A stretch of DNA of 64,000 bases, from sequence record NZ_CP035506.1. The stretch is one strand, 5' to 3'. Made by a program: the position numbers and the translations under genes. This stretch comes from a plasmid. This document shows positions 9,457 to 17,774 of the stretch, one piece after another. The notes beneath the pieces were generated by a model. It saw only the letters and a list, made by a program, of their open reading frames with translations, was not told where the DNA came from and searched no databases. The first letter of the stretch is position 1; every line of letters starts with the position of its first letter.

Positions 9457-10437
9457 ATGCGCGTTCTGATCACCGGCGGGGTGGGACTGATCGGCTCTCA
9501 CCTGACACGACGGCTCCTGGACGAGGGGCACGAAATCCTCGTGCTCGACGATTTCACCTTCAGCTATTCGGCGGATCTCTCGCCGCGCATACAGACCGAC
9601 ATCGCCTACCGGACCAGTGTGCTGATGAAGGGCGCGCGGATCGAACGCTGCTCGACGATGGAGAAATCGCGCCTGCGCGCCCTGCTGACCGGCTTCGGCC
9701 CGGACTGCGTCGTCCATCTGGCGGCCATCCCGCTCGTCACCGTCGTCTCGCGGCAGGTGGAGGCGGCCGCCCGCTCCCTCTCGGAGGGCATGATAAACCT
9801 GCTGGAGGTGTTGCGCGAAGCTTCCGGGGTGCGGCGGTTCGTCTATGCCTCCTCCTCCATGGTCTATGGCGACTTCCAGCAGGATCCGATGCCGGAGGAG
9901 GGTCCCTGCAATCCCGTGAACGTCTATGGCGGGCTGAAGCTCGCGGGGGAGGTGCTCGCGCGCTCCTATCTGAAGCCCACGGGGATGGAGACGGTGATCG
10001 TGCGCCCCTCCGCGGTCTATGGCCCGACCGATCAGCATCGCCGGGTGGTGCAGAAATTCTGCGAGGCGGCGCTGCAGGGCGGGTCGGTCATGCTCAGCGC
10101 GAAGGACCACACGATGGACTTCACCTATGTCGATGACATTGCCGAGGGGTTCCGGCTGGCCGCGACCCATCCGGCCGCAGCGGGGGAGACCTTCAACATG
10201 ACCTATGGCCAGGCCAGGCGCCTGATCGACCTTGTGGACGTGATCCGCAACTTCCACCCGGCTCTCGCCCTCGGTTCGGATACTCTCGACGATCACGACC
10301 GGCCGACGCGGGGCACGCTCTCCATTGCGAAGGCCAGGCGGCTTCTGGGCTATACGCCGCGCTATCCGCTGGAGGCAGGCATCCCGGCCTATCTCGCGCA
10401 TCTTGCGGGGCGCGACTGGCGGATGGCGGCGGAATGA
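9457..10437 (+). CDS. NAD-dependent nucleotide-sugar epimerase/dehydratase (SDR extended family)
   Basis: N-terminal VLITGGVGLIGSHL Rossmann motif, YxxxK context, 326 aa. Confidence 0.85.
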   Translation: MRVLITGGVGLIGSHLTRRLLDEGHEILVLDDFTFSYSADLSPRIQTDIAYRTSVLMKGARIERCSTMEKSRLRALLTGFGPDCVVHLAAIPLVTVVSRQVEAAARSLSEGMINLLEVLREASGVRRFVYASSSMVYGDFQQDPMPEEGPCNPVNVYGGLKLAGEVLARSYLKPTGMETVIVRPSAVYGPTDQHRRVVQKFCEAALQGGSVMLSAKDHTMDFTYVDDIAEGFRLAATHPAAAGETFNMTYGQARRLIDLVDVIRNFHPALALGSDTLDDHDRPTRGTLSIAKARRLLGYTPRYPLEAGIPAYLAHLAGRDWRMAAE

Positions 10438-11600
10438 CGGTGCAATCCCGCCCGACGGCATCCGAAACAGCCAGCGGCACGCCGGAACCGGTGCCCTTCT
10501 TCGGTATCGCGCGCGAGAATACCGCGCTGGAGGCCGAGCTGCTGCCCGAGATCTCGCGCATCCTGCGGGCGGGAGAGATGGTCAACAATGCCGATGTGCG
10601 CGCCTTCGAGGCAGGGGTGGCGGAGACGGCGGGACGGACCCATGCCATCGCGACCACCTCGGGCACGGATGCGCTGGCCTTCGCGCTGATGGCGCTCGGC
10701 ATCGGGCCGGGGGACGAGGTGATCGTGCCGGATTTCACCTTCATCGCCTCCGCCTCGGCGATCCTGCGCACCGGGGCGCGGCCGGTCTTCGCCGATATCG
10801 GAATGGGGGAGGCGGAGCGGGAGGAGGCGCCCTGCACCCTCGACCTCTCCGATGCCGAACGGCGGCTGACGCCGGCCACGCGGGCCATGGTCTGGGTCGG
10901 CCTGTTCGGCGGTATGGGCGACCCCGCTCCGGTGGAGGATTTCGCCCGCCGCCACGGGCTTTTGCTGGTCGAGGATGCCTCGCAGAACTTCGGCGCCGCC
11001 TGGCGGAACCGCCCTGCCGGGGGGATGGGGGATATCTCCAGCTTCAGCTTCGACCGGTTCAAGGTGCTCTCCGCGCTCGGCACCGGGGGGGCTGTCGTCA
11101 CCGATGACGGGGAGGTCGCGGCGCGGCTCCGCGCGTTGCGCTATCACGGGATGCACGAGGGGCAATCCCGCATGCTCGGCTTCAATTCGCAGATGCCCGC
11201 CATCACCGCCGCGGCGCTGAACGTCAAGCTCGGCCACCATGCGCGGTGGGTCGCGGAGCGGGCGGCCATTGCCGCGGCCTATGACGCGGGGCTTGCCGGC
11301 CTGCCGGTCACGCGGCTGTCCTGGCCGCGGGACTGCCACCATGTCTGGCACAAATACGTGCTGCTCGCCCCCGACCCGGATGCGCTGGCCGGTCACCTTG
11401 CCGCCCGCGGCATCGCCACCCGCCGCCATTATGCCCGCCCGCTCCACCGCGAGCCGGTCTTTGCCGCCTTTGCCGACGGGGCCGGTTATCCCGCGGCGGA
11501 GCGGCTGGCCGATGAGGTGCTGTCTCTGCCGATGCATGCCCAGCTCACCGGGGAGGAAGTCGCGCGGGTGATCGACGCGGTGACCGGCTTTTATGCCTGA
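10434..11600 (+). CDS. DegT/DnrJ/EryC1/StrS-family PLP-dependent sugar aminotransferase
   Basis: Motif HAIATTSGTDALAFALMALGIGPGDEVIVPDFTFIASA. The ATGA stop/start overlap with the upstream epimerase suggests translational coupling. Confidence 0.85.
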   Translation: MTVQSRPTASETASGTPEPVPFFGIARENTALEAELLPEISRILRAGEMVNNADVRAFEAGVAETAGRTHAIATTSGTDALAFALMALGIGPGDEVIVPDFTFIASASAILRTGARPVFADIGMGEAEREEAPCTLDLSDAERRLTPATRAMVWVGLFGGMGDPAPVEDFARRHGLLLVEDASQNFGAAWRNRPAGGMGDISSFSFDRFKVLSALGTGGAVVTDDGEVAARLRALRYHGMHEGQSRMLGFNSQMPAITAAALNVKLGHHARWVAERAAIAAAYDAGLAGLPVTRLSWPRDCHHVWHKYVLLAPDPDALAGHLAARGIATRRHYARPLHREPVFAAFADGAGYPAAERLADEVLSLPMHAQLTGEEVARVIDAVTGFYA

Positions 11601-11748
11601 CACCGGTATATCTGACACCGGTATCCCTGAGGCCGGGCCGGATCGGGGGCAGGACGCCAAGGCGGCCCGCCCCTGGGCCGGGGCAGAATTCGGCGCAGAA
11701 TGCGGGGCCGAATCCGGCGCAGAAGCGGGGCCGATCCACGACGCGCTG

Positions 11749-12807
11749 ATGATCGGCACCGGCCCGCCGATGCTGTTCCAGGCGATCGTGCTTGCCGAAG
11801 CCGGGCAGCGGGTGATCCTCGTCGATGCCGCATCGCGCCCGGGCGGGTCGTGGCACCTGCCCGAGGTGCTGGGCTACCGCTCGGTCGAGGTCGGTGTGCA
11901 TCTGATGGAGAACCGCGCCCATATCCACCGGGTGATCGAGAACCTGCTGCCGGAGGAGGAGATCCTCCGCGACACGCCGGATTTCGGCCTCTGGCGCGGG
12001 CGGCGCATTCCGATGCGGCTCACGCGGGTGCTGCTCCACGGGCTGGTGGCGGGGAAGTCCGCGCTCCGGGGAAAGCCGGAGAAGGCAGGCCATGCGTTCG
12101 CCAATGCCGGGCTGGCGCTGCGCCATCTCGGCCTGCCGATCCTTTATCCCCGGGGGGGATACAGCGCGGTCATGGCGGCGGCCCTGGCGCGGCTGGAGGC
12201 AGCGGGCGCGAGGGTGGTGCAGGACTGCCGGATCAAACGGATCCGTATCGGCCCGGCGGGCGTGCTGGCCGAAACCGCACGAGGCCCGGTCCGGGCGCGG
12301 AGGCTCGTCATGTCATCGCGCGCCCATGCGCCGATCGCGGGGATGGAGCCGCTCTGGCAGGATTGCCTGCGCCTCCGCACCTTCAGCGCCGTCCTGCATC
12401 TGGAGGGGCCGCCCCCCGGTTTCGCGGGTTATGTGGAGGTGATCGGGCACGGGGTGGTGAAGCGCGCCCGGAACGTCACCGCCTTTGCCGTGCCGGCCGT
12501 CGCGGCGGGCCGGTCGCTGGTCACGGTCCAGTTCCGCGATGATCCCCGGATTGCCGATCCCGCCACGCTGGGCGAAGAGGCGCGCGACTGGCTGGTGCGG
12601 CTCGGGCTTCTGGCGGCGGAAAGCCGGGTCATCGGCACGCACCGGGATGATTTCGATCTGGCGACCCTGCCCGCACGGGCGCTGGCCGCGATCGAGGCAC
12701 GTCACCCGGACCGGGTCACCGTGCTCAGGACGGTCGATCTCGGGGATCAGGGCTATGCCGTGGCGCCTGCTCCCGCCCGCCTGCCGGTTGCCCGCGCGCT
12801 TCCCTGA
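11749..12807 (+). CDS. FAD/NAD(P)-binding oxidoreductase (function unassigned)
   Basis: Dinucleotide-binding motif MIGTGPPMLFQAIVLAEAGQRVILVDAASRPGGSW. The ORF could instead start at 11593; that alternative N-terminus is low-complexity and includes a 13-bp direct repeat. Confidence 0.55.
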   Translation: MIGTGPPMLFQAIVLAEAGQRVILVDAASRPGGSWHLPEVLGYRSVEVGVHLMENRAHIHRVIENLLPEEEILRDTPDFGLWRGRRIPMRLTRVLLHGLVAGKSALRGKPEKAGHAFANAGLALRHLGLPILYPRGGYSAVMAAALARLEAAGARVVQDCRIKRIRIGPAGVLAETARGPVRARRLVMSSRAHAPIAGMEPLWQDCLRLRTFSAVLHLEGPPPGFAGYVEVIGHGVVKRARNVTAFAVPAVAAGRSLVTVQFRDDPRIADPATLGEEARDWLVRLGLLAAESRVIGTHRDDFDLATLPARALAAIEARHPDRVTVLRTVDLGDQGYAVAPAPARLPVARALP

Positions 12808-13357
12808 GGGCCCGTCCTCCGCGCCACAGCGCGAACCCCGTCATCACCCCCGCGAAGTTCATGATCAGGTCGTCCACGTCGAACAGCCGGTAGGGGCAGG
12901 GATAGAGGCCCCAGTTGCCGGTGATCTGGGTGAGTTCGATCCCCAGGGTGAGCGTGGCGGCAAATCCCGCCGCCAGCAGCCACCGCCCCGTCACGCCCGC
13001 GAGAGCGAGGCCGATCACCATGCAGACCAGATAGTTCATGATCGTGGAGGCCACGGTGAGATTGGTCACCCAGGCGGAAAACGGCGCGCCGTTTTCGATC
13101 AGCCGGGTGAAAGCGGGCAGGAAGTGAAAGGGCTGAAACTGGGTATGCACCTCGTCCGGCACACAGGTGAATGTCGCCCGGTCGGGAAAGGGATAGAGGG
13201 CGAGGGTGATCATGAACAGCGTCGAGAGCAGCAAAAGCAGCCCGCTCCCGCCGATCCGCCGTCCCACGATCCGCAGCCCCAGAGCCGCGCCCGCGGTCAT
13301 CAGGGCCGCATAGACAAGGGCCATTGCCAGATAGGTGGCGATCTGGAGGGAGGTCAT
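12725..13357 (-). CDS. VanZ-like small membrane protein
   Basis: About 210 aa with 4-5 TM helices and a LGIELTQ motif reminiscent of the VanZ family. Weak call. Confidence 0.45.
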   Translation of the reverse strand: MTSLQIATYLAMALVYAALMTAGAALGLRIVGRRIGGSGLLLLLSTLFMITLALYPFPDRATFTCVPDEVHTQFQPFHFLPAFTRLIENGAPFSAWVTNLTVASTIMNYLVCMVIGLALAGVTGRWLLAAGFAATLTLGIELTQITGNWGLYPCPYRLFDVDDLIMNFAGVMTGFALWRGGRALREARGQPAGGREQAPRHSPDPRDRPS

Positions 13358-13702
13358 GGTTTCTTGGCTTTCCGGTCTGTCTGAGGGCCCAGGGGTCTTT
13401 GGGTTTGGGTCTTTCGGGAGTGGACCTTTTGAGGGCGGACCTTTTGGGGAAGGCAGGCGCGCCGCCCAGCATATCGCCGCGCGCCGCCGCCGTCAGCGGG
13501 CGCGCGCGCGACTTCAGCGGGCTCGCGCGCGACTATCGGTCACGACATGTCCCCTGCGGCGTTGCCGCGGAAGACCTGCCCGACCGCCCGTCAGACAGCC
13601 TGATGTTGCACCCCTCCGCCAGCGGGGACGCATCCCGCGTCCCGCTCGTCAGAGCACGACTGCCGCCGTGCCGGAACCTGGGGCCTGCAGTCGGAGCCGC
13701 CC

Positions 13703-13720
13703 TGTTTCGCGCGCGAAACG
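13703..13720. promoter_or_regulatory. Orphan fifth copy of the parS-like palindrome (TGTTTCGCGCGCGAAACG)
   Basis: 16-bp perfect palindrome GTTTCGCGCGCGAAAC at 13704-13719, identical to the core of the four sites beside repAB. Lies in the 3'-intergenic spacer next to the SDR gene. Confidence 0.6.
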
Positions 13721-14464
13721 TCAGGCCGTGGAGCCGCCGTCCACGGTGATGACGGTGCCGGAGACCTTGCCGCCGTCGGGGCCGAGCAGATACATCACCG
13801 CGACCGCCGCATCGTCCGGATCGGGCAGGCCGAGGGGGGCGCGGCGCTTGATCGAGTCCATCTTGTCCGACGGAATGCCGAGGCTCATCTCCGTGACCAT
13901 GTAGCCCGGCGCCACGCAGTTGACCGTGATCCCCCGCTTGCCGAGTTCGCGCGAGAGCGAGCGGGTGAACCCCTCCAGCCCCGCCTTGGTCGCCGCATAG
14001 GCGGCCAGCCCGTTGAACCCGGTGGAGGCGATGATCGAGGAGATCGAGATGATCCGCCCCGCCCGTGCCGAGAGCATGGAGCGGGAGGCGTATTTCGCGA
14101 AGACGATGGCGGAGGTGAGGTTCACGTCGATCATGTACTGGATGTCGGTCAGGTGCTGGGTGGCGAGCACCCCGTCCTTGCCGATGCCGGCATTGTTGAC
14201 CACGCCCCAGATCGGCCCGTGCCGGTCCACCGTCTCGCGGATGAAGGGGGGGATCGCGTCCAGATTGCTCACGTCGAACGGGTGGAACTCCACCTTGTCC
14301 GCGCCGTATTCGGCGATCAGCGCCTCATAGGCCGGGGTCAGCTTCCGCGACAGGCCGACGAGCCGGTAGGACGGATCCGCCGCCACCCGGCGGGCGATGG
14401 CAAGGCCCAGGCCTTGCGAGACACCGGTGACGATGACGGTCTTCAGGTTCGGCGGGGTCGTCAT
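13721..14464 (-). CDS. Short-chain dehydrogenase/reductase (3-oxoacyl-ACP reductase FabG-like)
   Basis: TGxxxGxG-type N-terminus (VIVTGVSQGLGLAIA), NNAG, catalytic YAATKAG. Confidence 0.85.
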   Translation of the reverse strand: MTTPPNLKTVIVTGVSQGLGLAIARRVAADPSYRLVGLSRKLTPAYEALIAEYGADKVEFHPFDVSNLDAIPPFIRETVDRHGPIWGVVNNAGIGKDGVLATQHLTDIQYMIDVNLTSAIVFAKYASRSMLSARAGRIISISSIIASTGFNGLAAYAATKAGLEGFTRSLSRELGKRGITVNCVAPGYMVTEMSLGIPSDKMDSIKRRAPLGLPDPDDAAVAVMYLLGPDGGKVSGTVITVDGGSTA

Positions 14465-14470
14465 GGGGGA

Positions 14471-16378
14471 TCAGGCCTTTGCTTGGGAACGGACGATCTT
14501 GCCGGCGGCATTCGTCTCCAGATGATCGGCGAAACGCCACATGGCGGGCACGGCCTCCCGTTCGAGATGGGCCTGTGCATGGGCCATGAGCTCCCGCTTC
14601 AGCGCCGCGCGGTCGGCGGCGGGGTCGGCGGGGACGATGGTGGCGACGAGCAGGTTGCCGGTGATCGGGCTGGATTTCGCCGTGACCTGGGCAAGGCTCA
14701 CCCGCGGATCGGCGGTCAGCACCGCCTCCACCCGTTCGGGATAGACCTTCACGCCGCCGACATTCACCACACCGCTGTCGCGGCCGAGGAAATGCACCCG
14801 CGCGCCCTCCGTATCGGGGCGGATCTCCACCTGGTCGCCGGTGCGGACATAGCCCTCCGCATCCATGTCGAGCTGGTTGTCCCCCAGATAGCGGGTCCGG
14901 TGCGCTTCGGGGGGACGGAGCCAGAGCATCCCCTCCTCCACCCGCATGGCAAGGCCGGCGGGGGCCTCGGCGGAGAGGTAGCTTTCGGGGAAGCCCGCCC
15001 GGCCGTCGTTTACGGCAAAGCCCACGCCGATCTCGGTCGAGGCATAGATATGGGTGACGCGGGCCTTGGGGAACCGCGCGCGGATCGCATCCAGCACCGG
15101 CTGTTCGGCGATCTCGCCGCCCAGCGTGATCTGGCGGAGGGACAGCCCCTCCACCCCCGGCGCCATGAGCAGCCGCCGCCAGAGCGTCGGCGTGGCGGAG
15201 AGATGGGTGACACCTGCCGCCGCCATCTCCGCGACCTGCTCCCCAAGGGCGGCGTCGCGGTCGATCGCGGCCAGCGTGCCGTGGCCGGTCATCGCCTGCA
15301 GCCCCACCTGCATCCCGGCAAAGCGGGTCATGTCGTAGAGCAGCCCCCAGACCGGCAGAGCCTCCGGCCGCGTTCCCCGAACGGACCGGGTGAGCGAGGC
15401 CACGCTATGGGTGACGATCTTCGGCACGCCGGTCGTACCCGAAGTGGTCATGAGCCAGGTTGTGGCGACGGGCGCTGTGGCGCCTGCCGGGCCACGCGCC
15501 GCCTCCGGGGTGAGGGTGGGGAGGGCGCCTCCGCTCCGGCCGGGAGCCGCGCCGGCCGGTGCCGATTGCGGGTGGCCGGACTGCGGAGAGCCGGACTGTG
15601 TAGGGTCGGATTGTGGGGATTCAGACTGCGGAGAGCCGGACTGCGGAGAGCCGGACTGCGGGGAGCCAGATTGCGGGGAGCCGGACTGTAAGGCGGAAGC
15701 CGCGGCAGTCGCGGTTGCGTTGACCGCTGATGCCGCTTCGGCGCTTGCCGCTCCGGGTGAGGGGGCAGCGGCGCTCGCCCTGCTCCCCTGCGCCGTTTCG
15801 GACGCCTCGGCGGCGGTTGTCCCGACGGTCAGCCCAAGAGTTGGCCCAGTGGTTGGCCCAGTGGTTGGCCCATTATTTGGCCCATTATTTGGTTCAGTAG
15901 TTGGCCCAGGGGTCAGCCCAGTGGTTGGCCCAGTGGTCACCCCCGTGGTTGGCCCCGTGGTCGCCGCAGCGGCTGGTCTGGCGCCACCGCCCGATACGGC
16001 GTCTTCCGGTGCGGCGTCTTCCAATGCGGAGGGAGCGGGCCGTGCTGCGAGAAGCTCCTCCCGGTCGGTAACGATATGGGTGATCCCCGCCACCCCCGCC
16101 AACGCCTCGACCACTTCGGGCGAGAAGCTGTAGGAGGCGAGCAGCAGCGCCTCCACCCCCCCGTCCAGCGCGACGAGCGTGCGCGCCAGCGCCCCTGTGT
16201 CGTGGATGGAGAGCAGAACGCGGGCCGAGGGCGGAAGCCCTTTCGGCCCCTCCGCCAGCGCCTCGGCGACGGTGATGTCGCGCGCGTTTTCCCGGATCAG
16301 CACATCCGTTCCCGGACGTGCCGCCAGCCGTTCCCTGAGTGTGGCCATTACTGCCCCGGCAAACCGTTCAGAAATCAT
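14471..16378 (-). CDS. ANL-superfamily acyl-CoA/acyl-ACP ligase (adenylating enzyme) with a large low-complexity insertion
   Basis: P-loop TSGTTGVPK, YASTEIG, linker YVRTGD and C-terminal lysine GKIVRS. About 190 aa of Gly/Pro/Thr/Ser-rich repeats lie between the N-terminal region and the P-loop. Confidence 0.8.
   Translation of the reverse strand: MISERFAGAVMATLRERLAARPGTDVLIRENARDITVAEALAEGPKGLPPSARVLLSIHDTGALARTLVALDGGVEALLLASYSFSPEVVEALAGVAGITHIVTDREELLAARPAPSALEDAAPEDAVSGGGARPAAAATTGPTTGVTTGPTTGLTPGPTTEPNNGPNNGPTTGPTTGPTLGLTVGTTAAEASETAQGSRASAAAPSPGAASAEAASAVNATATAAASALQSGSPQSGSPQSGSPQSGSPQSESPQSDPTQSGSPQSGHPQSAPAGAAPGRSGGALPTLTPEAARGPAGATAPVATTWLMTTSGTTGVPKIVTHSVASLTRSVRGTRPEALPVWGLLYDMTRFAGMQVGLQAMTGHGTLAAIDRDAALGEQVAEMAAAGVTHLSATPTLWRRLLMAPGVEGLSLRQITLGGEIAEQPVLDAIRARFPKARVTHIYASTEIGVGFAVNDGRAGFPESYLSAEAPAGLAMRVEEGMLWLRPPEAHRTRYLGDNQLDMDAEGYVRTGDQVEIRPDTEGARVHFLGRDSGVVNVGGVKVYPERVEAVLTADPRVSLAQVTAKSSPITGNLLVATIVPADPAADRAALKRELMAHAQAHLEREAVPAMWRFADHLETNAAGKIVRSQAKA
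15590..15690. repeat. About 7 imperfect copies of a 15-bp tandem repeat (GGACTGCGGAGAGCC), in-frame within the ligase gene
   Basis: Read directly in the sequence. Encodes (SGSPQ)n on the minus strand. Confidence 0.7.
15830..15960. repeat. About 10 imperfect copies of a 12-bp tandem repeat (GTGGTTGGCCCA), in-frame within the ligase gene
   Basis: Read directly in the sequence. Encodes (GPTT)n-like repeats on the minus strand. Confidence 0.7.
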
Positions 16379-16410
16379 GCAGCCGGCAATCCGCCAGCCT
16401 GCCCGCCCGC

Positions 16411-16692
16411 TCAGACGGCGGGGCGGTACTTGTCGTAGAAGGCCACGAATTCCCCGAAGGTGCGGGGATAATAGGCATCCTCCGCGATGGTGAACGGGTC
16501 GTAGCCCAGCTCTTCCTCCAGGGTGGAGACGAAGATGGCGAAGCCCAGGCTGTCCAGCCCGCTTTCCAGCAGGACCGTATCGTCGTTCAGCTCCGGCGCG
16601 GGCTGGCCCGGCACTTCCACGTCCCAGACGTCATTGAAGACCTTGCGGATGGCGGAATTCAGGTCGGCATCCTTGTCCAAGATGGCGTTCAT
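16411..16692 (-). CDS. Acyl carrier protein
   Basis: 93 aa, acidic, with phosphopantetheine attachment motif LESGLDSLGF. Confidence 0.8.
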   Translation of the reverse strand: MNAILDKDADLNSAIRKVFNDVWDVEVPGQPAPELNDDTVLLESGLDSLGFAIFVSTLEEELGYDPFTIAEDAYYPRTFGEFVAFYDKYRPAV

Positions 16693-16737
16693 GTTGTTCT
16701 CCTTGGGAAGCCGGGGGAGGTCCGGCCGGTTGATAGA

Positions 16738-17193
16738 TCAGTGGGCGACGGGGCTGTCGTTGCCCTTGTCGAGACGGATGCCCCATTTGCTGGTGACGAT
16801 GTTCTGTTCCACGACCTTGCCCGGATTGCCCATCACGACGCTGTTCGGCGGCACATCGCGGACAACCACGGTGTTGGGAGAGATGATGCAGCCATCCCCC
16901 ACCTTCACTCCGGCAAGAATGATAGCGTTGAAGCCTAGAAAGCAATTGCTGCCCACGTAAGTGTCCTTCCACGTGCGGGTGACGAAGTCATGGGTCAGAA
17001 TTGCTGCACCGCCCGTAATCGCGGTGTAATCCCCGATATGCACACCCTTCGGGTTGGTCCGGTCCAGCCGCGCACCGCGCGAGATGCGGACATGCTCTCC
17101 CAGATCCATGCCATAGAGGTGGCGGTATTTGAATTCGGTGATTTTGACGAGGATCTTGAAGAGGCGGGTTCTGATTTGACTGAAACCTGACAC
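16738..17193 (-). CDS. Hexapeptide-repeat (LbH) acyl/acetyltransferase, WcaF-like
   Basis: Hexapeptide repeats (IGDYTAITGGAAIL, ILAGVKVGDGCIISPNTVV). Start uncertain: a GTG at 17193 matches WcaF-like length, but the ORF is open to 17340. Confidence 0.65.
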   Translation of the reverse strand: MSGFSQIRTRLFKILVKITEFKYRHLYGMDLGEHVRISRGARLDRTNPKGVHIGDYTAITGGAAILTHDFVTRTWKDTYVGSNCFLGFNAIILAGVKVGDGCIISPNTVVVRDVPPNSVVMGNPGKVVEQNIVTSKWGIRLDKGNDSPVAH

Positions 17194-17774
17194 GGGGGCG
17201 GCACTCTCAAAAAACAATGACTTGAGTCTGCCTAAACTTGGCAAAGTATACAAGGCACCTCTCCGCCTGAGAGGGTTGTATAGGCGGCAACGAGCCGTTT
17301 CCGGGGGGCGGAATGCCCGGAAAATTGTCTCGCATTCCATCCTTCCGGTTGCATTCCGCAGCGGGCAGCCTGCCGCGGTTTCCCTCCGGTGGGTCCCGGG
17401 GGATATCTGCCCCGTCCCCCTTCGCCGCGCCGATTCTGTTGCTGCAGTGCGGCATTAGCAGGCTTTTCGTGACGGGAGGAGGGAGAGACATCCCGTCCGC
17501 CGTGCTGGCTCTCCTGACTTGCCGGGCCGCCTCGAGCAGGCCGTTGCCGCAACGGGGGGAGGAGCGTACGCCCTGCCAACGCCTTGCTTACCCCGGAAGA
17601 GGTAGCTTGCCCGCTCATTGCACCGGATCCCGGTTTTCCGGGGTCCGCATCTGGGCAGGAGATGGAAATGGGACGGCAGCGGAAGCGAATCGCCCCCTGG
17701 CCGGGGATCACCCCGGCAGGCGGATATCCGAGGAAAACCACCCCGCGGCACGGGAAGCGGAGGCTCGGAACGGC

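Noticed and set aside
15560-15990. Possible CRISPR array suggested by the short tandem repeats
   Set aside because: Repeat units are only 12 and 15 bp, directly adjacent without spacers, and lie in-frame inside a coding sequence. They are coding microsatellites, not CRISPR.
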